Below are positions 35,590 to 46,558 of a stretch of 64,000 bases of DNA, one piece after another. Made by a program: the position numbers and the translations under genes. The stretch is from Anaeramoeba ignava BMAN. Taxonomy: Eukaryota > Protista > Anaeramoebae. The DNA lies in contig JAPDFW010000063.1 in NCBI GenBank assembly GCA_028826165.1, forward strand, positions 620,001-684,000, read 5' to 3'. Below the pieces are notes generated by a model. It had not been told where the DNA came from and searched no databases. It worked only from the letters and a program-made list of their open reading frames with translations. The first letter of the stretch is position 1. Each line of letters starts with the position of its first letter.

Positions 35590-38165
35590 ATAATAAATTT
35601 AAATAAAAATTAATAAAAAATATTAAAATAAAATTAAATATAAATTAATAATAAATTAATAAATATTTTAAATTAAAAATAATATTTAGAAATAATTTTA
35701 TTATTATTTAAAATTAAAAATAAATTTAAATTTAAATAAAAATTAATTAAAATATTTTATTCCACTTTTTTTTTATTAAAAATATTTAAATAAAATTAAA
35801 TATAAATTAATAATAAATAATTAAATATTTTTAAATTAAAAATAATATTTAAAAATAATTTTATTATTATTTAAAATTTAAAAATAAATTTAAATTTAAA
35901 TAAAAATTAATTAAAAATATTTTATTCCACTTTTTTTATTAAAAATATTTAAAATAAAATTAAATATAAATTAATAATAAATATTTAAATATTTTAAATT
36001 AAAAATAATATTTAAAAATAATTTTATTATTATTTAAAATTAAAAATAAAAATAAATTTAAATAAAAATTAATTAAAAATATTTTATTCCACTTTTTTTT
36101 ATTAAAAATATTAAAATGAAATTAATATAAATTAATAATAAATAATTAAATATTTTAAATTAAAAATAATATTTAAAAATAATTTTATTATTATTTAAAA
36201 TTAAAAATAAATTTAAATTTAAATAAAAATTAATTAAAATATTTTATTCTACTTTTTTTTTATTAAAAATATTTAAATAAAATTAAATATAAATTAATAA
36301 TAAATAATTAATTATTTTAAATTAAAATTAATATTTAAAAATAATTTTATTATTATTTAAAATTAAAAATAAATTTAAATTTAAATAAAAATTAATTAAA
36401 AATATTTTATTCCACTTTTTTTTATTAAAAATATTTAAATAAAATTAAATATAAATTAATAATAAATAATTAATTATTTTAAATTAAAAATAATATTTAA
36501 AAATAATTTTATTATTATTTAAAATTTAAAAATAAATTTCAATTTAAATAAAAATTAATTAAAAATATTTTATTCCACTTTTTTTTATTAAAAATATTTA
36601 AATAAAATTAAATATAAATTAATAATAAATATTTAAATATTTTAATTAAAAATAATATTTAAAAATAATTTTATTATTATTTAAAATTAAAAATAAATTT
36701 CAATTTAAATAAAAATTAATTAAAAATATTTTATTCCACTTTTTTTTTATTAAAAATATTAAAATAAAATTAAATATAAATTAATAATAAATAATTAAAT
36801 ATTTTAAATTAAAATTAATATTTAAAAATAATTTTATTATTATTTAAAATTAAAATTTAAATAAAAATTAATTAAAAATATTTTATTAAACTTTTTTTTA
36901 AATAAAATTAAATATAAATTAATAATAAATTAATAAATATTTTAAATTAAAATAATATTTAGAAATAATTTTATTATTATTTAAAATTAAAAATAAATTT
37001 AAATTTAAATAAAAATTAATTAAAAATATTTTATTCCACTTTTTTTTTATTAAAAATATTAAAATGAAATTAATATAAATTAATAATAAATAATTAAATA
37101 TTTTTAAATTAAAAATAATATTTAAAATAATTTTATTATTATTTAAAATTAAAAATAAATTTAAATTTAAATAAAATTTAATTAAAAAATATTTTTATTT
37201 TACTTTTTATTAAAAAAAATATTAAAATAAAATTAAATATAAATTAATAATAAATAATTAATTATTTTAAATTAAAATTAATATTTAAAAATAATTTTAT
37301 TATTATTTAAAATTAAAAATAAATTTAAATTTAAATAAAAATTAATTAAAAATATTTTATTCTACTTTTTTTATTAAAAATATTTAAATAAAATTAAATA
37401 TAAATTAATATAAATTAATAAATATTTTAAATTAAAATAATATTTAAAAATAATTTTATTATTTAAAATTAAAAATAAATTTCAATTTAAATAAAAATTA
37501 ATTAAAAATATTTTATTCCACTTTTTATTAAAAAATAAAAAAATAAAATTTAATAAATAAAATTAATAAATTAAAATTAATAAATATTTTTAAATTAAAA
37601 ATAATATTTAAAAATAATTTTATTATTATTTAAAATTAAAATAAATTTAAATTTAAATAAAAATTAATTAAAATATTTTATTCCACTTTTTATTAAAAAT
37701 ATTTAAATAAAATTAAATATAAATTAATAATAAATAATTAAATATTTTAAATTAAAAATAATATTTAAAAATAATTTTATTATTATTTAAAATTAAAAAT
37801 AAATTTAAATTTAAATAAAAATTAATTAAAAATATTTTATTCCACTTTTTTTATTAAAAATATTTAAAATAAAATTAAATATAAATTAATAATAAATAAT
37901 TAAATATTTTAAATTAAAAATAATATTTAAAAATAATTTTATTATTATTTAAAATTAAAAATAAATTTCAATTTAAATAAAAATTAATTAAAAATATTTT
38001 ATTCCACTTTTTTTTTATTAAAAATATTTAAATAAAATTAAATATAAATTAATAATAAATAATTAAATATTTTAAATTAAAAATAATATTTAAAAATAAT
38101 TTTATTATTATTTAAAATTAAAAATAAATTTAAAAATTAAAATATTTTGTTCTACTTTTTTTTTT
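35590..38165. repeat. ~160-bp AT-rich tandem satellite, ~16 copies, each with TATTCCACTTTT or a variant
   Basis: Anchor at ~35761, 35926, 36088, 36248, 36411, 36574, 36735, 36887, 37035, 37199, 37361, 37517, 37682, 37841, 38003 and 38151. Confidence 0.95.
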
Positions 38166-38186
38166 TATTAAAATTTTTTTTGTAAG

Positions 38187-38865
38187 TTAATTTTCAAATT
38201 TTGCTATAAGTTTATCTTTTTCTTGTTCAAGTTTTTGTTTTAAATTTTCTCTTTCTTTTAAAGTTTCTTGTTTAAGTTTTTCAAATTTTTCATTTTTTTC
38301 TTTTAAAGATTTATTAAAAGAATCTTCTTTTTCAATCTTTTTTAAATTAAAATTTTAAATTTAAAATTTAATAAAGAAAATAAAATATTTACAAAGAAAA
38401 TAAAATATTTTACATCTTTAATTGAGAATTCTTTTTCAAGAAGTTGAACTTTTTTAACTGATTCTTGAACTAAATTTAATTGAAAATAATTTAATTGAAG
38501 AAAATTTAATAAGAAAATTTAATAAGAAAATTTAATTGAAAATAATTTACATTCTTTTTGAACTTTTTCACAATATTTATCTCCATCTTCAATCATAACA
38601 GGAAATTGTTTTTCAGTAAATTTTTGAAATTTTTCATTTAAATTATCAAGAATTTTAACTTCTCTATCATTTCTTTTAATTTCAAATTCATTAACAATTA
38701 ATTCAACTTCATGATCAAAGAAATTTTGTTTATCAAAAATTGAATCATGAATTTTTTTTAAATCTATTTTGTTTATTAAATTAATTTTTAATTTTTAAAT
38801 TTTTAATTTTTTAATTTTTAAATAAAACCTTTGAATAATTTTTTAGTTTTAAATTGAATTGACAT
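38187..38865 (-). CDS. BLOC1S5: BLOC-1 subunit 5 (Muted); 4 exons, absent from the ORF track
   Basis: Spliced translation MSIQFKTKKLFKDLKKIHDSIFDKQNFFDHEVELIVNEFEIKRNDREVKILDNL resembles Muted (IKDLGEIHSRLLD...FVKEFEEKRGLREMRVLENL). GT-AG introns in phase. Confidence 0.78.
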
Positions 38866-38891
38866 TTTATTTTATTTTGTTTTGTTTTAAA

Positions 38892-38978
38892 AATGAAAAA
38901 ATGAAAAAATGAAAAAATGAAAAAATGAAAAAATGAAAAAATGAAAAAATGAAAAAATGAAAAAATGAAAAAATGAAA
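38892..38978 (-). promoter_or_regulatory. (CATTTTTT)11 array of initiator-like TCATTT directly upstream of BLOC1S5
   Basis: Perfect 8-bp period, ending ~28 nt before ATG 38865. Confidence 0.55.
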
Positions 38979-38982
38979 ATTT

Positions 38983-41900
38983 TTAATTTTTTATTTTTCT
39001 TGTTTTTAAATTAAATGATTTTATTTTTTCTTGAAGTCTTTCATATGTTTGATTTAAATCTTTAAATTTATTTAATGAATTTGATTTTTTAGAATTAATT
39101 TCTGATAAATTTTCACTTTGATTAAAACTAAATTTTTCATTTTCTTGTTGAAAATTATTATTTTTAAAATTTGATTGATAAATTTTTTGATTTAAGTTTG
39201 AATTTAAATGAATTGAAGGAGAATAAGAATGATTAATTGAAGAATAAGAATTTAAATTAAAATCTTTTTGATTTTGATTTTGATTTTGATTTAGATTTTG
39301 ATTTAAATTTAAATGAATTGAAGGAGAATAAGAACGATTAATTGAAGAAGAATAAGAATTTAAATTAAAATCTTTTTGATTTGATTTTTGATTTGATTTT
39401 TGATTTGATTTTTGATTTAATTTTTGATTTGGTTTTTGATTTAATTTTTGATTTTTTAAATTTTTAAATTTTAAATTTTTAATTTTGATAAAGTTAAATT
39501 TGAATCTTTTAAATTTTGATTTTGATTTTGATTTAAATTTTGATTTTGATTTTGATTTTGATTTGATTTTGATTTAGATTTTGATTTTGATTTAGATTTT
39601 GATTTTGATTTAGATTTTGATTTTGATTTAGATTTAGATTTTGATTTTGATTTTGATTTTGATTTTGATTTTGATTTAAATTTAATTTTTTAATTTCTTC
39701 TTTTTGATTTTTTAATTCATTTTTTAATCGATTATTTTCTTTTAAAAGTGTATCATTATCAATAGAAATTTGATTTAAAATATTTGAATTTTTTGAATTT
39801 TTTAAATCTTCTAATTCATAATTCAAATTATAACATTTTTGATTTAAAAATGATATTTCTTCATTATCATTTTGAATTTTTTCTTCTCGAATTAAAATTT
39901 CATTTGAAAACATATCAATTTGTTCTTTTAAATCATTTCTTTCAGATTCTAAAATTAAATAATTGCTTTTAATTTGTGATAATTCATCAATTAATTTTTC
40001 TTTTTCATTTTCAATTGTTTTTAAATAAGAAATAAATTGTTTCACTTTATTTTCAAGTTTCCCAATTTTTTCATCATTTATTTTAATTGAATCTTCTACA
40101 AAATTCCTTAAATCTTCAATATTATAAGTTAGTTTCTTTGTTACTTCTTCAAAATTTATCTTCAATTCATTCAAAAGAATTAATTTTTTCATAATTGAAT
40201 TTGTTATTGAATTTTCTTCTTCAAAATTAAAATTAAAATTTAAATTTTCAGTTTTTTCTAAATTAATATCATTTGGTAAAAGAATCAAAAGATTATCAAA
40301 AATTGATTGAAGAATTCGATGTCTTTCATTAAATTCTTGTTGAATTTGAAATTGAAATTGACTTTTTTCTTTTGATAATTTTTCATTTTCAACAAATAAA
40401 TTTTCAATTTGTAAATTTTTTTCTGAAAGTTTTGATTTTAAATCCTTTATTCTTCTTTCATGATTAGCAAGGAATTGATTTATATTGTTTTCTGTTTTAT
40501 TGTATTCTTCTGAGAATTGATTGATATGTTGAGATTTACGTTGAATTTCTATGTTTTTTTGTTCAATTTCTTCTTTTAAATTTTCCATTTCTTTTTCAAG
40601 TGAATTGAATTGAATAAAATATTCTTTTTCCTTTTCTTTCATTTCATTTTGTATTTGATTATAATTTTGTGAGTATTCTGTAATAATTTGTTTTTTTCTG
40701 TTTAAATCTTGTTGAATTTTCTGCTTTTCAGAATTTTGTGATTGAATTTTTTCTTCAAGGTTTTCAATTTGATTTTGTAATTGAAAAATTTTTTCATTTT
40801 TTTCTTGTATAAAATTCTTCATATTTTCAATTTGTTTTTCTGTTTCTTTTTGATTTTGAGAAAATTCATTGAATAATTCTTGGAGTTTTTGTTGATTGAA
40901 TTGTGAATTTTCTTGTTGAAAAGAAAATATGGTTTTTTTGTTTTCTTCATTTAATTTTTGTAAATCTTTAATTGTTTCTTCATTTTGTTTTATAACAGTT
41001 TCAAGTTGATTTCTAGTTCGAATTAAATTTTGGTTTTCATTCCTTAATTTTAAAACTTCTTTATTTATTTCTTCAAATTTTTTTGATTGAATTGAATTTG
41101 AATCATTTTTAATTTTGATTTTTTGATCCAATTCTTTTTGCTTTTGATTTAATTCATTTTGAAGATTTTGTATAGTTTGTTTAAAAATAGACATTTCATG
41201 CATTTTTTGTTCTTCAATAGATTTACATTTTGAATTCAATTCTTGATTTTCTTTTTCAACTTCATCAAATCTTTTTTGAATATTTTCTAATTGATTTGAA
41301 TATTCTTTCATTTTTTCAAATATTTTTGATGAATTTAGTTCCATTTTTTTGATTTTTTGATTGTATTTAAAAGAAAGTTGTTTTTGTTTGTCTTCTAATT
41401 CATTTCTAGTTTCTTTTTCATTTTGAATCATTTGCTGTTTTTGAGATTGAATTTGCATTTCTTTTTCTTCAGAAATTTTTCTTAACTCTTGAATTTCTTG
41501 TTTAAGATTTTGGATAGTTAATTCCAATTTTTTGTTTTTATTTTCCAATTCGTTTATATTTTTTAAATCACCTTCAATTTGATTTTTTTCTGTTTCTTTT
41601 TCTTTCAATAAAATACTGCTTTGTTTTAAATTATTTTCTATTTCTTCATTTTTTTGATTTATAAATTTAACTTGCTCTTCTTTTTCATTTAATTTATTGC
41701 TAAAAATTTCAAGTAATTGTTTTTGTTCTTGAATTTTATTCTTTTTCTTTTGCATTTTTTGATTGATTTGATTTATGGTTTCTTGAAGATTATCTAATTG
41801 TATTTTTTGCTCTTCATAATTTTCAATTTGATTTTGAAGAAATTGCAAATTTTGTTCATTTTCGTTTAATTTTTGTTGGAGATTTTGAATAATTTGTTCT

Positions 41901-44427
41901 TTTTCATCAACATCAACATCACTTTCTTTTTGTTTTTCAATAAATTCTTGATTTTCTTGGATAATTTCATCAATTTTATTTTGAAGAATTTTATTTTCAG
42001 TTTGTAATTTTAAAATTTGTTGTTTTTTGGATTGAATTTCTTGATTAGAATTTTTTTCTTTTAAAGATGATTGTTTTTTTAAGTTTTCAATTTGTAATTT
42101 TAAATCTTGAATTTTTTGATCATCTAAAAAAGAGGAAGTTTTAGAAAATGATTGATTTTGTTGAATTTGTTGGATAATTTGAGACATTTTTTCTTTTGTT
42201 TCGAAAATTTCAGTTTCTTTTTGAACAACTTCATTTGTTAAATTTTCATTTTCTAATTGCAATTCATTGATTTTATCATTAAGTTGATTAATTTGTGAAT
42301 TATTTAAATCTTTTTGATTTTCTAAAAATAAAGGATTGAATTGATTCTTTTGCTTGCATTAATAATTGATCTCTTTCATTTATCTCTTCATTTAATTCAT
42401 CTATTGTTGTTTTTAAATCAACTACTTGTTGGGGATATTGATTTTGGATAATTTCACTTTGTGATCCAAGTATTTTTTTTAATTCTTGTTCTAAATAATA
42501 TACTTTTTTTCTAAGATTTGAAATTGTATCTCTTAATTCAAATTTAGTCTAATTTTACAAAGATTTTAAATAAAATTATTATAAAAATTTATTATTAAAA
42601 TTATTATTAAATTTATTATTAAAATTATTATTAAAATTATTATTAAAATTATTATTAAAATTATTATTAAAATTATTATTAAATTTATTATTAAAATTAT
42701 TATTAAATTTATTATTAAATTTATTATTAAATTTATTATTAAATTTATTATTAAAATTATTATTAAATTTATTATTAAATTTATTATTAAATTTATTATT
42801 AAATTTATTATTAAAATTATTATTAAATTTATTATTAAAATTATTATTAAAATTAAATTAAAAATTATTATTAAATTTATTATTATTAAAAATTTATTAT
42901 TAAATTTATTATTAAATTTATTATTAAAATTATTATTAAAAATTATTATTAAATTTATTATTAAATTTATTATTAAATTTATTATTAAAAATTTATTAAA
43001 ATTAAATTAAAAATTATTATTAAATTAAAAATTTATTATTAATTATTTAAAATTATTATTAAAATTATTTTTTATTAAATTTATTATTAAAAATTTATTA
43101 TTAAAATTATTATTAAAATTATTATTAAATTTATTATTAAATTTATTATTATTATTATTAAATTTTATTATTAAAATTTATTATTAAAAATTATTATTAT
43201 TATTATTAAAATTTATTATTAAATTTATTATTAAAAATTATTATTATTAAAATTTATTATTAAAATTATTATTAAATTTATTATTAAAATTTTATTATTA
43301 AATTTATTATTAAATTTATTATTAAATTTATTGTTATTAAATTTATTATTAAATTTATTATTATTAAATTTATTATTAAATTTATTATTAAATTTATTAT
43401 TAAAAATTATTATTATTATTATTAAAATTATTATTAAATTTATTATTAAAATTATTTATTAAAATTTATTATTAAAATTATTATTAAATTATTATTAAAA
43501 TTATTATTAAATTATTATTAAAATTTTATTATTAAAAATTATTAAAATTATTATTAAAATTATTAAAATTTATTATTAAATTATTATTATTAAAATTATT
43601 ATTAAAATTATTATTAAAATTATTATTAAATTTATTATTAAAATATATTATTAAAATTTATTATTAAAATTATTATTAAAAATTTATTATTAAAATTATT
43701 ATTAAATTTATTATTAAAAATTATTATTAAAATTATTATTAAAATTATTATTATTATTAAATTATTATTAAAATTATTATTAAATTTTATTATTTTATTA
43801 TTAAAATTATTATTATTAAAATTATTATTATTAAAAATTATTATTATTAAAATTATTATTAAAATTATTATTAAAATTATATTATTAAATTTATTATTAA
43901 ATTTATTATTAAAATTATTATTAAAATTATTATTAAAATTATTATTAAAAATTATTAAAATTTATTATTAAAATTATTATTAAAATTTATTATTAAAATT
44001 ATTATTAAATTTATTATTAAATTTTAAAATTATTATTTATTATTATTAAATTTATTATTAAAATTATTATTAAATTTTATTATTAAAAATTATTAAAATT
44101 ATTATTAAATTTATTATTAAAAATTATTTTATTATTAAATCTCTTTTTTTTATTATTAAATTTATTATTAAAATTATTATAAAATTTATTATTAAATTTA
44201 TTATTAAAATTATTATTAAAATTATTATTAAATTTATTATTAAAATTATTATTAAAATTATTATTAAAATTATTATTAAATTTATTATTAAAATTTATTA
44301 TTAAAATTTAATCGTTAAATTTAAATTGTGTTAATGAAATAAAAAGGAAAAAAACCTTTGATTTGCGTAAAATTGTTTTTAAATTTTGATTTTGCTTAAA
44401 ATTATTATTTATTTTTAAATTATCCAT
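38983..44427 (-). CDS. Long coiled-coil protein with an N-terminal centrosomin motif 1 (CM1/Cnn_1N)-like domain. Exon 1 44427-44356, then an intron, exon 2 from 42548; frameshifts near 42325 and 39550
   Basis: ISNLRKKVYYLEQEL...VDLKTTIDELNEEINERDQLLMQAKESI resembles CM1 (NFNLKLRIYFLEE...ELKVEVESLKRELQEREQLLIKA), followed by a >900-aa heptad-rich ORF. Confidence 0.65.
42570..44308. repeat. ~1.7-kb 12-mer satellite (TTATTATTAAAA/T)n filling intron 42549-44355
   Basis: Directly visible, almost free of G/C, bounded on the minus strand by AAG|GT (44355) and TTAG| (42549). Confidence 0.9.
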
Positions 44428-44486
44428 TTCCTTAAAAAAAAGAAAAAATGAAAAAATGAAAAAAAAAATGAAAAAAAAATTTTGAA

Positions 44487-44909
44487 TCATTTCAATTTTT
44501 CAGAAACGTTTTTAACAAATTCTGCAGCATAATCAGAATCCAAATCACCAGTATTCCAACGATAACCAAGACCATCTTTATTTCTTCTAGGAATAATATG
44601 GAAATGAATATGAAAAATTTCTTGACCAGAAAATTTTCCGTTATTTGATAATAAATTCCAACCTTCAACGCCTTCCTGTGAAATAACTGCAGATGCAATC
44701 TTGGGAATAATTCCCATAACTTCTTTCGCTGTTTCTTCATCAAGTTCATTTAAATATTCAACATGCTTTTTTGGTATAACTAATACATGTCCTTTACTTA
44801 ATGGTTTGATATCTAAAAATGCAAGTGTGTTTTCATCTTCATAAATTTTGTAACTTGGTATTTCTCCTTTTATAATCTTGCAAAATATACAATTTTTTTG
44901 ATTTTCCAT
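44487..44909 (-). CDS. Histidine triad (HIT/HINT) nucleotide hydrolase
   Basis: CIFCKIIKGEIP, AFLDIKPLSKGHVLVIPKKH, GQEIFHIHFHIIPR (HxHxH). Confidence 0.95.
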   Translation of the reverse strand: MENQKNCIFCKIIKGEIPSYKIYEDENTLAFLDIKPLSKGHVLVIPKKHVEYLNELDEETAKEVMGIIPKIASAVISQEGVEGWNLLSNNGKFSGQEIFHIHFHIIPRRNKDGLGYRWNTGDLDSDYAAEFVKNVSEKLK

Positions 44910-44944
44910 ATTTTCTTGTTTTTTTTTTTTGAAATGAAAAAAAA

Positions 44945-45860
44945 ATGAAAAAAATGAAAATATTTATTTTTGCTTTTTTTTTAAAAAATTTAAAATAAGA
45001 AAAAAAGTGGAATAAAAATAAAATTAAATTTAAAAATATTATTTTATTAAATAAAATATTATTATAATTAAATTAATTTTATTTTAAATATTTTTAAAAA
45101 TTTAATCAAAGTCAAAATGAAAATATTTTTTTTTTTAAAAAATTTAAAAATAAAATTTTTAAAAATTTAATTATTAAATAAAAAAATGAAAATATTTTTT
45201 TTTAATTTTTAAAAATTTAAAATAATAAAAAGTGGAATTTTAAATTTAAAAATATTATTTTATTAAATAAAATATTATTATAATTAAATTAATTTAATTT
45301 AAATATTTTTAAAAATTTAATCAAAGTCAAAATGAAAATATTTTTTTTTGCTTTTTTTTTTAATTTTTAAAATAATAAAAAAAGTGGAATAAAAATAAAA
45401 TTAAATTTAAAAATATTATTTTATTAAATAAAAAATATTATTATAATTAAATTAATTTTATTTTAAATATTTTTAAAAATTTAATCAAAGTCAAAATGAA
45501 AATATATTTTTTTTTAAAAAATTTAAAATAATAAAAAAAGTGGAATAAAAATAAAATTAAATTTAAAAATATTATTTTATTAAATAAAATATTATTATAA
45601 TTAAATTAATTTTATTTTAAATATTTTTAAAAATTTAATCAAAGTCAAAATGAAAATATTTTTTTTTGCTTTTTTTTAAAATATTTAAAATAATAAAAAA
45701 AGTGGAATAAAAATAAAATTAAATTTAAAAATATTATTTTATTAAATAAAATTATTATTATAATTAAATTAATTTTATTTTAAATATTTTTAAAAATTTA
45801 ATCAAAGTCAAAATGAAAAAATATTTTTTTTGCTTTTTTTTTTAATTTTTAAAATCATTT
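44945..45860. repeat. ~155-165-bp degenerate tandem repeat (5-6 copies) containing AAAAGTGGAATAAAA and AATCAAAGTCAAAATG
   Basis: AAAGTCAAAATG at ~45108, 45323, 45487, 45641, 45805; AGTGGAAT at ~45006, 45231, 45383, 45539, 45701. Confidence 0.85.
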
Positions 45861-45904
45861 TTCACTTAATTTTAAATAAAGAAAAGAAAAAGAAAAAAAG
45901 TGGA

Positions 45905-46517
45905 ATGGAAAAAAAAGAAGAACAAAAAAAGAAAAGTAAAAATTAATTATTTTAAAATTTTAATCAAAAAAAAAAAAAAATTAATCAAAAAAAAATTTTT
46001 AAAAAAAGATTTAAAAAATAATTCACAAAATTATCTTAAAAATAATATAATAAATGCAAGAAAATCAAGTAAGAAAAAATTTTTAATTTAAAAAGAAAAG
46101 GAAAAATCAAAATTTTTTAATTTAAAAAAAAAAGAAAAAAATCAAATTTTAAAAAAATCAAAAATTATAAATTCAAGAAAATTAGGTTTTATTCCAAAAT
46201 ATCTTAAAGAAATTAAAAAAAATAAATTAAAAAAAATAAAAGAAAAAGAAAAGAAAAGCAAAAAAAAAGAAGAACAAAAAAAAGAAGAACAAAAATTTTT
46301 TGTTTTAAATTTAAATGAAAAAAATGAAATTTTAAATAATTTAAAAGAAAAATTAAAAAATTTAGAAAGTAAATATCATAAATTACCTGTAATAATTGAA
46401 ACAGATATTTTGAAAAAAAAGAAAAAAAATTTAGAAAATGAAATTGATGAAGTTTCAAATTATATTGAGGTTTTTTCAAGAAATGAAGAAATTTGTATTG
46501 AAAATGATTCTCAATAA
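45905..46517 (+). CDS. Enkurin-domain protein (ENKD1/enkurin-like); spliced and frameshifted, absent from the ORF track
   Basis: Fragments NYLKNNIINARKS, KLGFIPKYLKEIKK and LESKYHKLPVIIETDILKKKKKNLENEIDEVSNYIEVFSRNEEICIE* match the enkurin-domain pattern (GxVPxYL ... IKIFSR). Confidence 0.65.
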
Positions 46518-46558
46518 AAAAAAGCAAAAAATTATTTTTTATTCCACTTTTTTATTAT

